From: Diplonema papillatum
Taxonomy: Eukaryota
Assembly (NCBI GenBank): GCA_030068145.1
Contig: JAPJBO010001038.1
Location: forward strand, 1 to 64,000
DNA length: 64,000 nt
Direction of reading: 5' to 3'
The notes beneath the pieces were generated by a model that was given only the letters and a program-made list of their open reading frames with translations, did not search any database and had not been told where the DNA came from. How positions within the stretch are numbered: the stretch's first letter is position 1; each line of letters opens with the position of its first letter. Both the position numbers and the translations under genes were made by a program. Positions 43,901 through 55,390 of this stretch are shown here, in pieces.

Positions 43901-44898
43901 GGGTCTTTGAGCCAATTCACCTCTGCCCTATCGAACGGTATCGAGCTTTGTAGTTTTGGGTTAGAAAGCAAATAATCTCGTTGTAGAGCGTGATCGAGCA
44001 AAAAACGAGCGGAATCGCCGCGGAATCGGTTAATGCAAAGAATCTGTGGCGATAATCTGCATCTGCGTTGTCGAGCTCGGGTCGCTTTCAGAGGGGGGTA
44101 GGTGAATTGGCTCACGTCTTACACAAATAAGCGAATAATACCCGCTCAGCAGCGACACATCAATGATACGGTAAAAGATTCTTATTCTTCACGTGTGCGG
44201 GTAAATAAACCTCTGGTGCTAGTATATGAGGTTCTAGCTCACGTCTGAAAAAAAGAGCGGGGTTGCCTTTGCAAACAAACGATGGGCGCAAGGCGGCCTG
44301 GCGACGTCGATCCGAGCGCAAACAGCATCTAAAAGAAGAAATGCTCGGATTCCTCGCCAAGGACAACAATGCGACGGGAACAAGGAAAGCCACTCGGTGT
44401 GGGAAACGACGCCTGGCACATCCTGGTTCGTTCAGCATTACAGTGCAACGCTCGGTTGTTCAGCTGACAGGTCTTTCACGTCCGGACTCTAAGGGTCAGT
44501 CTTTCACTTCGTGACCTGCAAAACTGGTTTGTTCGAATGGTGTCCGTGTCCGTAAAAGTGGCTACGGAAGAACCGGATGACGGCTAGGACGACTTGGCCG
44601 GCTTTTCCAAGTCACGCAGGGTCCACTGCTGTTCGTTGTCGGCGCCTGTGGATGTTTTTTTTCAAATTGATGAACGCTCAGGGAGCTTTAAGAATCTTCT
44701 GACCGCCAACCTGGCCAGAAGCCCATGGGGAAAAGGTTGCTGCCAAAGTGTTGTCGCTCCGGACGAATTAGGCAGCGCAGCCAGGGCAGGCCCCTGCGAC
44801 CCACTCCAGCCTCCGCGGTGCATTGACCGTCTTGAATAGCATCCATTGCTTCGATATCCCACAAAGTCACTATTCAAACTATGTCGGTTCGCTGCGTG

Positions 44899-47800
44899 CT
44901 ATTGGGCAGGTTGTGTACTATCTCTGTTGCCGGGCTCCGGATCGAAATCCGGGTAGTGATGAAGAGACGATCGCATACCCAGTGACAGTTGCTGCGCGTG
45001 GAACTCCGGAAGGGCGAGTCGTTTCGAAATGGTGACGCAAGTGGTACCCCTCTGCTGAATCTCAGAATAAAGCTTTTGCTCGACGTCCACCGAGACCGCG
45101 TCGGTGCACTCATCGAGGACCGCGTAGTTGGGAGCGTGGAACAGAATGCGAGCAATGCCAAGCCTCTGCTGCTCCCCGAGGGACAACACATTTTCCCACG
45201 GCTCAACGACCTCGAGTCCAACAGCATCGTCGGATACTACGCGGACCGAGACATCGCCGTGGGCGCGCATTTGCTTGACTGCTTCTTTGCAAGCTGATGC
45301 GTTGCCGCGGATGACGACCGTGCCTTTCTCTTCGTCGGCCTGCACCTTCACCTTACAGTGATGCTCCAACTCCCGCTTGCCGCCTACCAACCGCGACATG
45401 GCGTCCTTTGGGATCTCGACGATCTGCCTCCTCTCCCGAAGCGCCAGGCGCTCGATCCCGACCGAACGCAAGACTTCAAGGAGCTTGTCCTTCAACTTAG
45501 GGTCCCCGCCCATGTCCTCGGCCCTCGCAGGGTAAACGACCTGATCGGCCAACGTCCCGGACACCATGTACAGTTTCTGGGGCACAAGGGAGAGGCCGTT
45601 GGTCGGGCGCGACACGCCTGTAGCGGGCCACAGCCCTGCGAGGACGCGGAAGAATGAGGTCTTCCCGACCGAGTTGGGGCCGGTGACCAGCAGAGACTTT
45701 CCCGGGGGCACCGTCAACGAGATGTTCGAAGCAAGGGTCCGGCCGGCAGGCGTGGTGATCGTGGTTTTGTCGAAAGAGATGGAAGGGGAGTTCGTGTGCG
45801 TGTCGGCGACCGGGGGAAGCGAGTGGATGACGTCGAGAAGCTCGCAAACACGCGTCGAAGACGCGCTGAGCTTGGCGAAGTTGGTGTAGAGCGAAGCGAG
45901 CTTGCCGAAGCTGTCAATCGAAGCCGTGGTTCCCTTACCGACGGCCGTCAGAACCTCTTGGTTGATGTCGGACTGGTGCATGACAACCTGCAACTTAACG
46001 AAGTCGGTGAACACCGCTCCGCTGGTGACCATCCGTGACACTTCGTCGGGGTCCTTCACGAGCCAGCCGGACACGGCCTTGAAGACGCTTTCCTTAGCCC
46101 GGGCGCTCAGTTGGGCATCCGCCAGCTTCTTCAAGTGAGCCTCCGCGATCTCCTTTTCGCGGCCTCCCCCGCCGAAGAACGCGATAGACTCCGAATGGGT
46201 CCGTACCCTCTTATGCACAAACCGGAACGCAGCTTCGTGCTTCTGTTCCGCGCGCACCAAACTCTCGTGGTCGGGCATCATGAGCTTAACCACGGCAGAC
46301 CCGGCGGCCATGTATCCGAAGAGCGGGAGGGCTTGATCGTATGACATCCACGAGGGCATCTTGTACGCTACCCACGCGACGTTTGCTATCGGGAGCATGC
46401 TTTTCGACAGGATGGTCGAAAGCTGCTCTGACAGCTCCATCACCTCGTGCGTCAAACGCTGGTCCGCGTCGAGGATCCGCCGGTCGACGTTCCGCAGCCG
46501 GTAGAACGCGAGGTTTTTCGCGAAGAGCCCGCGGGAGTAGTTCGCGAGGTTGTCCGCCCAGACGGCGCTGACGGCACCCTGCAGGTGCGCGATCAGCGAC
46601 TCGAGGCATGCTGTGGCGAGGTCTTGCGCGCTGGACAGGAACGCGAAGCGGACGAACCTCTCCGGGTTCCGGTCCAAAGCGGACTGGATCAGCCTGCCCG
46701 CTGTGAAAGCGTCGACTTCGTGCATGGCGGTTCGGAACAGGATAGTGACGAGGAGAAGACACGTCGGCTGCACGGAGCCCGGAAGGGCGATGCGGAGCAG
46801 CTGGTGCATCTTCGAAAAGAACCCCCGCCTGGGAATTGCGACGGGGGGCTTGTTGGTGTCGTGCGACTTCTTCACCGTCGCATCGATGTCGACAGACATT
46901 CCCGTCAGCACCGGCTTCGGCAAGCTGGTCACCTTCCAGCCCCCGTCTGAGTTTTCCCCTTCGAGGTGCAGGTTCTTGCTGTGGTACGCCTCCAGCGCTG
47001 GCCGGTGGCAGATGGTGATGTACGTGATTTTTCTCTTGTAGCATTCTTCGTACAGCATGCTCTCTACTGAATGGCTCACCGCTGAGGTGCATTCGTCTAA
47101 AATAGCGTACTTCGGGTTGTGGTAGAACAGCCGTGCGATAGCGAGACGCTGCTGTTCACCGAGCGACAGCTTTTCGTCCCAGATGGTCTCTTCGTCGGTC
47201 GGCATGTCGAGGAGATGAAGCAGGTCAACCTTGACCAGGAGCTTGATCAACTCCTCCCTGTTGATCCCTTTCCCCTTCAGTGGGTACGCGAGCTGATCTT
47301 CCAACGTGCCCAGCACGTTGTACGGCTTCTGCGGGACGTAGAAGATGTCGGCACACAACCCATCTGTATTGACCCCTGGCTTGGTGATAACCCCCTCCTT
47401 CAGTGGCCACAGCCCACCAAGGTACCTGAAAATGGACGACTTGCCCGCGCCGTTGTGCCCCGTCAACAGCAGCCCTTCACCCGGGGTCACGTCGAAGGTG
47501 AGGTCCCGCACCAGCACCTGGCCCGCGGGTGTGTGCACCGTGACTCCCTCGAACTTGATGATGTTGCCCTCCTTCATGTTCGACTTCTTCACTGCCACCG
47601 TGTCCTTCGAGAGCACAGCCAGCAAATCAAGGAGCTCGCACACCTTCCCGCACGTTGGCTTCATGTGAACGGCAGTTGCATGCAGCGTGAGCAAACTGCC
47701 GTTGCCGATCAACATTTCGAGCATGAACCTCGAGTTCTCCTCGGCCGTCGCCACAAGTCCGGCAACGGACGAACTGGACCCGGCCAGCGCTCTGTTCAGT

Positions 47801-48843
47801 ATGGGAAGGAGAATAATTGATTGAATCCAGCTCCTGCATCCGTGCGTGTACGCGATGGAGAAGATGGTGTCGTGCCGCGCTTTGGTGCGGCTGAGCTCGA
47901 CGGAGGCAGCCGAGACCTTCGTGAATGCGTTGTCCAGGATTTTCGCTTCGGTCGCCGCGCCGTTCAAGGCTGCGATGGCCTCTGCGTTCGCCTGCATGCG
48001 GGTGGTGCCCGAGACGTAGCTGCCTTGGGCCTTGAGGAGCGCCCGGTACAGCAAGCCGATGTTTTTCGGAAACAGCCGCTGCGCCACTTCGTAGGCGAAC
48101 AGGAGATACATGTGAGGGATCATGGCGTACGCGACTCCATTGGTCCGGATGAGTTTGAACGTGAACCACACGATCGGGACGATCGACTTGATCAGCAGGT
48201 GAACGACGTTCACCAGACGCGTTGTGCTGGATTGCACCTCGCGCATGATGACCTCGTCTGCGTCTGGGATAGCGCGGGGCTTCTTCGTGGTGCCGACGTA
48301 GTAGTAGTTCATGGCCATGAAGTACTGCCGGTGGATCTCGCCGGTTAGCTTGGACCTCCACAGGACCCCGAGGCGCTCCCGGCAGTAGTTGATCGCGGCG
48401 TTCACTGCGGAGCCGATGGCGGCCATTTGCAAGGCGCGGAGCGCATGCTCCTGGAACAGGCCGGCCTGCCTGCCGTATACAGCCTCCGACAGCTTCTTCA
48501 TAACCGTGCTGCTAATGTCCATGAGGTACGTCCTGATCACGGAGAGCATCAGGAGGCCGAATATCTCACCACGGCCCATGCCTTCAGGACTACCCCACCT
48601 TGCTGTCATCTTTGGCCACACGATGGCCAGCAGCCGTTTGACGTGGTCCTTGTGGTTCTTGGAGAGCCACGCCGACCCGCCAATCAAATCCCGAATCAGC
48701 AGCAGCACGTACACGATGACATCGAGGATCTTGATATTCTGCAACAGGCCCGTCTTCTTCTGCGCGGCTAAGGCGCCACGCCCTTGGGAGGTGCTGCTTT
48801 CTCGGGACATTCTGCGATGAAACTGTGGGTAGTGCCCGGCCAC
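44899..48843 (-). CDS. Full-size ABC transporter of subfamily D (peroxisomal/glyoxysomal ALDP/PXA1-type), TMD-NBD-TMD-NBD in one intronless 1314-aa ORF. NBD2 carries a ~65-aa KH-like insertion.
   Basis: NBD1: GHNGAGKSSIFRYLGGLWP...LSLGEQQRLAIARLFYHNPKYAILDECTSAVS...ITICHRP...DGGWKV, closely resembling ABCD1 (GPNGCGKSSLFRILGGLWP...LSGGEKQR...LDECTSAVS). NBD2: GPNSVGKTSFFRVLAGLWP...LSLGEQQRLGIARILF...LDECTDAVS. Codon bias is coding-like throughout. Confidence 0.85.
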   Translation of the reverse strand: MAGHYPQFHRRMSRESSTSQGRGALAAQKKTGLLQNIKILDVIVYVLLLIRDLIGGSAWLSKNHKDHVKRLLAIVWPKMTARWGSPEGMGRGEIFGLLMLSVIRTYLMDISSTVMKKLSEAVYGRQAGLFQEHALRALQMAAIGSAVNAAINYCRERLGVLWRSKLTGEIHRQYFMAMNYYYVGTTKKPRAIPDADEVIMREVQSSTTRLVNVVHLLIKSIVPIVWFTFKLIRTNGVAYAMIPHMYLLFAYEVAQRLFPKNIGLLYRALLKAQGSYVSGTTRMQANAEAIAALNGAATEAKILDNAFTKVSAASVELSRTKARHDTIFSIAYTHGCRSWIQSIILLPILNRALAGSSSSVAGLVATAEENSRFMLEMLIGNGSLLTLHATAVHMKPTCGKVCELLDLLAVLSKDTVAVKKSNMKEGNIIKFEGVTVHTPAGQVLVRDLTFDVTPGEGLLLTGHNGAGKSSIFRYLGGLWPLKEGVITKPGVNTDGLCADIFYVPQKPYNVLGTLEDQLAYPLKGKGINREELIKLLVKVDLLHLLDMPTDEETIWDEKLSLGEQQRLAIARLFYHNPKYAILDECTSAVSHSVESMLYEECYKRKITYITICHRPALEAYHSKNLHLEGENSDGGWKVTSLPKPVLTGMSVDIDATVKKSHDTNKPPVAIPRRGFFSKMHQLLRIALPGSVQPTCLLLVTILFRTAMHEVDAFTAGRLIQSALDRNPERFVRFAFLSSAQDLATACLESLIAHLQGAVSAVWADNLANYSRGLFAKNLAFYRLRNVDRRILDADQRLTHEVMELSEQLSTILSKSMLPIANVAWVAYKMPSWMSYDQALPLFGYMAAGSAVVKLMMPDHESLVRAEQKHEAAFRFVHKRVRTHSESIAFFGGGGREKEIAEAHLKKLADAQLSARAKESVFKAVSGWLVKDPDEVSRMVTSGAVFTDFVKLQVVMHQSDINQEVLTAVGKGTTASIDSFGKLASLYTNFAKLSASSTRVCELLDVIHSLPPVADTHTNSPSISFDKTTITTPAGRTLASNISLTVPPGKSLLVTGPNSVGKTSFFRVLAGLWPATGVSRPTNGLSLVPQKLYMVSGTLADQVVYPARAEDMGGDPKLKDKLLEVLRSVGIERLALRERRQIVEIPKDAMSRLVGGKRELEHHCKVKVQADEEKGTVVIRGNASACKEAVKQMRAHGDVSVRVVSDDAVGLEVVEPWENVLSLGEQQRLGIARILFHAPNYAVLDECTDAVSVDVEQKLYSEIQQRGTTCVTISKRLALPEFHAQQLSLGMRSSLHHYPDFDPEPGNRDSTQPAQ

Positions 48844-48989
48844 CCGTTCCCCACTCCTGCGATATATTCCGAGGATAGAGGTATGATAAAAGCTCTAACG
48901 AGCCAACCCCACTTTTTCGGGTCCGGGGGCGGAGCCCGGGAGCACTTTTTTGTAAACCCCCCCGTCGCTTAATATTTACACCTTTTTCT

Positions 48990-49790
48990 AATGGGTAAGG
49001 TGCCTTAGGGGACTAGTCCCAATGTGAAATGTGCCCTTAGGGGACTAGTCCCACTTGGAAATTGTTACCTTGACTTTTGTCAGGGAAATGCACTTAGCAA
49101 AATTTGAGCAAACTTTGAAATTTTCATTTTTTCCAGATTTTTGCAGAATTTGGCCATTTTTGCCGAAGTTTACAGATTTTGGCCATTTTCGGCCATCTTT
49201 GCCGATTTTTCCAGAATTTGGCCATTTTCGGCCATCTTTGCCGATTTTTCCCATTCTTGCCGATTTTTCCAGAGTTTGGCTATTTTTGGCCATTTTTGCC
49301 GATTTTTCCAGAATATGGCCATTGGCCATTTTTGGCCATTTTTGCCGATTTTTCCAGATTTTGGCCATTTTTGCCGATTTTCCAGATTTTGGCCATTTTG
49401 CCGATTTTGCTCAGATTTTGGTAAAAATCGGCCAAAAATGGCCAAAATCTTGAAAAAATCGGCAAAAATGGCCAAAATGGCCCAAATCTGGAAAAATCGG
49501 CAAAAATCGGCCAAAAATGGCCAGAATCTGGCAAAATCGGCCAAAGTTGGCCAAAATCCGAAAAATCCGAAAAATCTGAAAATTTCCGAAAAATTGCTAA
49601 AAATTTGCGAAGTACACTTCCCTGGCAAAAAGTCCAATGAAATTGTTTGCCCTTAGGGGACTAGTCCCCTAAGGGCATATTTTCATGGGGAAGTACTGGG
49701 AACTGCACTTAGCAACTTTTTTGCAAACTCTTACCAGGAATTGTAATGAAAAATAGGGACTAGTCCCCTAAGGGCACATTTCACATTCCA
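48990..49790. mobile_element. Foldback-like element (~800 bp). Its arms are made of ~25-bp subrepeats (GGCCATTTTTGCCGATTTTTCCAGA) that switch to their reverse complement at ~49420. Terminal palindromes GCCCTTAGGGGACTAGTCCCCTAAGGGC.
   Basis: 49020-49045 (aatgtgaaatgtgccc) is inverted at 49770-49790 (gggcacatttcacatt). Internal arrays are forward until ~49420, then reverse-complemented (cggcaaaaatggccaaaa). Three ~30-bp perfect palindromes containing ACTAGT. Confidence 0.65.
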
Positions 49791-51940
49791 TGTTCGCAAA
49801 GTGGCCGAGATCACCGCTCTGAACCCGCTGGTTGGCCAGGAAGAAGACGTTGGCTGGGTGGGTCGGTCTTCGTCTCGCTCGACTGAGCCGGTTGTACAGC
49901 GCTGTGTACACTGTCTCCGGATTGGGCTGGAATCTGATACCGTGTTGGAGGCAGAAGCTCGACACCTGAGAAGTGTCCAGCTCCGGTAAGCGTGCCACAC
50001 TCCTGCAACGCATGTTGAAATGTTCGCGGGCGAAAGCTGAGAACGTTCACTGCCGATGGCATCTCAAAACTGCCCTCCATCGCTCGCATGTGAGTGCGAT
50101 ATACCCGCACTCCACCCCGTCTGCTCGCCACGAAGCTGCAGCGTCGCACCCCGCCGCGTCGCGACCGGTGCCTGTCCCAGCTCTCGCGCAAGAGTCGACC
50201 ACCGTTACCCGCTCAAGAGTCGACCACCGATACCCGCTCAAGAGTCGACCACCGTTACCCGCCAAGCGTGGCGGCGTCGAGATGAAGCACTTCCTCGCGC
50301 ACAGTCCTTCGACCTATTGTTGTCTTCATCGCCATCCTCTTCGTCCTCTTCCTCTGTAGACCCCACACTCTTCATTTCCGTGGCCGCCCGCTTCCTACGA
50401 GGCATTTCATCGCCCAAGTTCCTGGGATCTCGACCATAGGGTTAGCGTCAGTTTCAATTGTGAGGCAAATCCTCACATTTCAGGGGATTAGTTTCCGTTG
50501 CAGATTTAGACCGACGGTCTAAATCTGCAAACCGGACTTGGCCGGAAAAAAAAAAATGTTCAAAAAACGGTGTCCAAAGTAAATATAGGCGGGGGGTGTG
50601 GTGTTTGTAGCGGAAGGCTGCTGAGCCTCCGCTGCTGAGACCCAGCCGCTTGGCACCATAGTTCTCTCTTCCAGCGTCGCTTTCAGCTGCTGGGTTGCTG
50701 GCGGGGACTGGTCATGCTCTGATGTGGTCTCTCCAGGGGTTAAGGGCATCGAACACAAGATGTTTGATATCTCACCAGATAGTGAACTTCCAAGCCGTCG
50801 AAGACACCGGCTGCTTCTTGCTCGGCCCGGACAACGGATAATCTGGCCGTCATGCCAGTCCCTCGAAGGCGTCTTCACCTTCTCCAGTGTCTTCGTCCGA
50901 TACGATGGAGCTTGCACACGAGCACTGCAAACACCATCTTCCCGTGATGGCAGGTTAGTCATTTCTTGGGTTGCTATGGTGAGATTTCGGGTTTTGTAAA
51001 TATTAAGGGCAGAGTCTCATAATATTTACAATCATAGGGTTAGCGTCAGTTTCAATTGTGAGGCAAATCCTCACATTTTGGAGAAAAAAAAAGGAGCCCA
51101 GCACGAGCTGCTGTTGTTGACAACAAAAAATCTGGGGAGGAAACGGGTGTCACATCCTCTAGTCCACCTTGGAAAACGGAAAAATCCAAAAGCAATATGC
51201 GTTTTTTTCCGGGAACTCTGGGGGCCAGTCCCGTGGTGTATGGGTCAAACTGGGTCCAAGGCCTAGCTAAAGTCTCATCATCAGGAGGGCAGTCATAAAT
51301 ACGTCTCCAAAAACATACCCAAAAAAAAATTGCCGCTGCACGGGGCCAAAAAACTACCCCCCTCTCAAAAGTGTATCCATAATATTCTCCTCCTTGGTGA
51401 GCGTGAGCGGTTGTGTGATGGAGCGAGAGGCCCTGTTTCACAGTATATCATTAGTCGGTTAATATTAATCTTCTAAGACTAGCGTCTTATACGACAAAAA
51501 AAATTGCCGCTGCGCGGGGCCTGAGTCAACAATATTAAGCCAAACCCGTTCTTATACAAGACGGGGAGGACACGATCTGAAACACAGGCGTCCTCAGTGA
51601 AGCACCCTGGTGCAGTCGGTCGGGGGTCCAACCCACTGCACCACGGTGCAACAGCGAACAGAGGCTTTTCTTCCGCGCAAACTGCGCTTTTTCTGAAGAG
51701 CTTCTAGCCGAACCCCTGTATTTACATATGTGCCCAATATAGCTTTCCCACCAGAAAATGGCTGTCCCTCACATTATTTTCAGGTTGTACACGATTTTGA
51801 GGGTCACGCTAATACCCTGTATACAATGCTCAGAATATTTAAAAAAGAAATGAAAATATTAAGCGAGGGGGGGGGTTAGTGTTTTTTGTAGTGTTGTTTG
51901 GGCTAAAGCCTCCTAGACTTTTTCTTCGCTCGAAATTGCC

Positions 51941-52016
51941 ACCGGGATAGCTAAGTGAACGGCACAAGACTTCTGTGCTGGAAGTCCCGGTTCGACCCCC
52001 GCCAAGGACCTTTTTT
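51941..52016 (+). ncRNA. tRNA-derived Pol III element (A box TAGCTAAGTGA, B box GGTTCGACCCC, T6 terminator) directly upstream of the 290-bp repeat copy. SINE-like head.
   Basis: A box at 51948-51958 and B box at 51989-51999, with TTTTTT at 52011-52016. Cannot be folded into a canonical cloverleaf. Confidence 0.35.
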
Positions 52017-52049
52017 GGTTCAAAATTGTTTTTGGCTTCTGGGTGGGCT

Positions 52050-52365
52050 TAAGGTACCAGATAAAGCCTGCTACACGGGAGCCAAGCTTCACGTGTTCGG
52101 CGGTACTGCAGAGCCACGGGCCTACGGGTCAAGTGGCTACCGATTTCCCAGACTAAAGCATCAAGGCTTGGCGCACCTTGGGGCTTCGCGCTCGTGCTGA
52201 ACACAAGCTCGTCGAGACGGTCAGCCGCAGGGCAGAGCGGACGGGGTTGTGGCACTGTGCTGCCTCCGACTCAAGCTTTGCAAGCTGTGGTTGACCGTCA
52301 TGTTCCTGGACCAGGAGCGGCCTTTCTATTTTTTTCTTTTTCTTTTTCTTCTTTCTTCTTCTTGG
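52050..52365. repeat. Second copy of the 290-bp dispersed repeat plus CT tract (see 27625-27960).
   Basis: Near-identical to 27625-27910. Confidence 0.8.
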
Positions 52366-54792
52366 CTTCTGGGCCAGTAGTACCTGAAGCTTTGCTTGCG
52401 TGCACTACGAATGCGTTTGATGTTTGCGCTTTGCGCCGCACGTGGACTGGCAATGAAGAGCTTTTCTCGAGTTTCATGTTTTATGTGTCATGCGGAGAAT
52501 GCCAGCAAGAAATCTTGGATACTGGACCACGTTCGAAAATGATATTGGTCATCGCGACCAATCGTGCTGTACACCGACACACACGTTTTGACGCCCGATT
52601 TGCTGTGTATGTAAGCGAAGACATACAGCCCAGTTGTCAGGAGAAAGAGATAAAGAGTAGCCGGATTGAAAGATGCCCCTTGATGAGAGCAAGGTGGTGC
52701 GACACGGCATAAAGCACGCTGGTCAAGCAGCCGAAAGAAAAGGTAGCGAAACACAGAATCGAGCCCCTTCTGCAGAGGGAGCAACAGGAATTGCGGACGG
52801 TTCAGGGTTGCGAGGCCGGCCTTCTGTCTGGAAGTTCTATTCGAGGGCGAACGAAGGGGTTTCCGGCACACGGACGCGACAAAACTGATCGGAAAATGGT
52901 CCCGACAATCTCCGGCAGCAGAGCGAGGACGAGATCTCTCACCCGGCTATACTTGCCAAGTAATATGAAACGTCTACCATTTCTGTCGTTGGCTCAAAGA
53001 CTCGTGCCCACAAACGCCAGGGTCTGGTTTGATTGTCTTCGCAACGAACGTGACGAACGTAACGGCTTGGCAGTGAGTCGCTGGTGCAGATACTACCGCG
53101 AGCATGCGGTGTTCCTTGTCTGTTCTACGAACGGTCCCTGTGGATCGCGTACTGCGGGAAACCCGCGACTTACATCGGGCATGCACATGCCAAGGAGCAA
53201 CACGAGGTCAGGGCAGGAGATCGCATTCTCGCGAGACATTATTTCTGCCCACCGTATGGGCACAATCACTTGGGAAGGATAGAAAAAGGGAGGGGGGAGA
53301 ATAATTGGAAGGTTTGCCTCGAGACGCAAGCAGGCCATTGCCAACGCGAATCAGACAGGTCAGCTGCCACACGCGCACAAGGCAAGATCAGCACTGCGGC
53401 CGTACCGCGTAACCGGCACGGCAAACCCATTTCCCGAATGGAACAAGTTTGCCCAAACATGGCGCTGGGGCAGGAAGAAATCCGGGAATCGCCTCGAGCC
53501 AAGATCACACGTACGGGGTGTGAGTATGATCTTTTCCGGAGGGGGCAAAGCAGAAATCTGCCTGCAGAAACTTCCTTGCTTCGGTTTTGAGCGTTTTCAC
53601 CCCAGCTGAAGCATGCGACTTTTCCTCGCTGAAGGTCCTTTCGTGCTTAAACAGGGAAAGAAGGCCCAACCACGAGGCCTAATCATGGTTGGGATCTAGA
53701 CAGTCGGCCGCTTTCGAAAGGCAGTCCGATCGTCCTAGATCGCGCTGCTACTTAAAGCAGACCCGGGCTGGCAGGAGCAACTTTAATGAGAGACTCGTAG
53801 TAGCTGGGACCGAGTTTTCGGCCACCCACTTGCTAGTGTGGCCTGCGGCAACGGTATTCAGAAACAGCATTTTGCCGTTGCGTTCACTCCCCGCCACCGC
53901 GCGCAAGGAAGGTGGGCAGCTTGGTCGGGGAACGCGTAAAACGGGGCTCGAACGAGAAGTATTGCTTAACACCTCTTCGCCGCTTTCCGTGGGTGAGTGG
54001 TTTGTCTGCGCTACTGAGCCAAGGTAACCCCCAAAACGAGCCTAGAGGAGCCTTCTTGCGCAGGCTGGCGTTTGAATAAAAGCCCGGCGTTGGTACTTTA
54101 AAAAAGAGGCCGACGTTTGTAATAGAAAAAGGGCCGGCGTTGATGTCAACTGCAGCACGAATTTTGGGGTGAAAGTTCGCTTGGAGGCTCAGGAAGCGAA
54201 TTAGTCGGTAAAATCAGAACGCCTTCAAAAACGGCCCAGGTCTCGTGCAGTACTGCGCGTCCACAATACCCGCAGGGTATGCTAGATTCGGCTGGGTACC
54301 ACATGGTTTGGTACTCCATGCCTGGGTTCGCCGACTGTGATCAACGAATGCGTGCATGTGCACTGACGCACGAGTACCTGAACGCGCGTGTTAACCATTG
54401 ACGTACGGGACAACGCTGGAGGGGCTGGGGTTCGGATGAGGAAGGGAAAATAGGGGTAGGCGAATGGGCAGTGAGCTTACCCGTCTTTACTCTGGCATTT
54501 CATTGAGAAGAAGTAGAAGATCACGACGAGCGGGGCTATGATAAGTATCGCATCTGCGCGGTGGGATGACGGGGGAGGCGAGTGGATAAGGACGGGGAAG
54601 GTGAACTTACCACGCTTCGGCAGCAACCATCGCTCTGTTCATTCCTCTGTCTTCTGTCTTGGGAGAAGAAGGGGTTACTTTGTAGCGGGTGCCGGTGTAG
54701 CGGTTTTCATAGCAGCCTGTGCGGCATCCGCCTTCTGAATGTCTCGCTCAATCTGCAGTGTTTGGGGAAGCTGACAAGAGGGAACAACGAGA

Positions 54793-55013
54793 TACCATGC
54801 AGGGTCAAAACCTTGTGTCTTTTTGGAAATGGCCAAAATTTTGTTTCCAGAAAAAAAATGGGTTTTTTGAATTTTAAAATTTTGGAACAAACTCTGCGGT
54901 AATTTTTGAGGAAGTTGAGCAATTTCTTTTTTTTCCAAAAATTTTTTTTGGGGGGCCATCGGCCCCGCGGGAGCGTTTTAAAAAGACACAAGGTTTCGAC
55001 CCTGCATGATACA
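54793..55013. mobile_element. MITE copy 5 (full length), same family as 16214-18489.
   Basis: catgcagggtcaaaaccttgtgtcttttt...aaaaagacacaaggtttcgaccctgcatg, TA-flanked. Confidence 0.8.
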
Positions 55014-55390
55014 CGGTTACTCGCCGGTGTTGGATGTTGAACCCCAGAACTCAACCCGGTTGCTGTGCACAACGTATGGAGATCTGCTGTATGTAGAGGC
55101 TTTAGCACGGCGTGTATGACAGTATACTGACTACCAGAGTGTCCACAGTCATTGACGTTGCTCTCTATTATTAGGCATACCTGTGCCCGAACGTCCTTCG
55201 CCCCGGAAGACGCATATTTGAAGGCACGCTGCAAGTCGTAGAGAAGGTCGTTGACGTCTTCGATCCCGACAGACAGACGGATCAGATCAGGTGGCAATGT
55301 TCTGATAGGTTTTTAGAGTGTGAGGTGTTTCTTTGTCTCCGACTAGCGAGTCATCCGAAGACGGACGCGGCAAGACGGACGAAGATGAGG

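Noticed and set aside
49390-49425. GCCATTTTGCCGATTTTGCTCAGATTTTGG resembles the dinoflagellate/perkinsid spliced leader (…GCCATTTTGGCTCAAG).
   Set aside because: It is not an exact match. It is part of a degenerate 25-bp subrepeat within a Foldback-like array. Nothing else in the window supports a dinoflagellate origin: the genes are intronless and the DIRS element is VIPER/SIRE-like.
54240-54420. Possible 5S or other small structured RNA, from a GC-rich palindromic look.
   Set aside because: There is no match to the conserved 5S boxes in either orientation, and no Pol III terminator.
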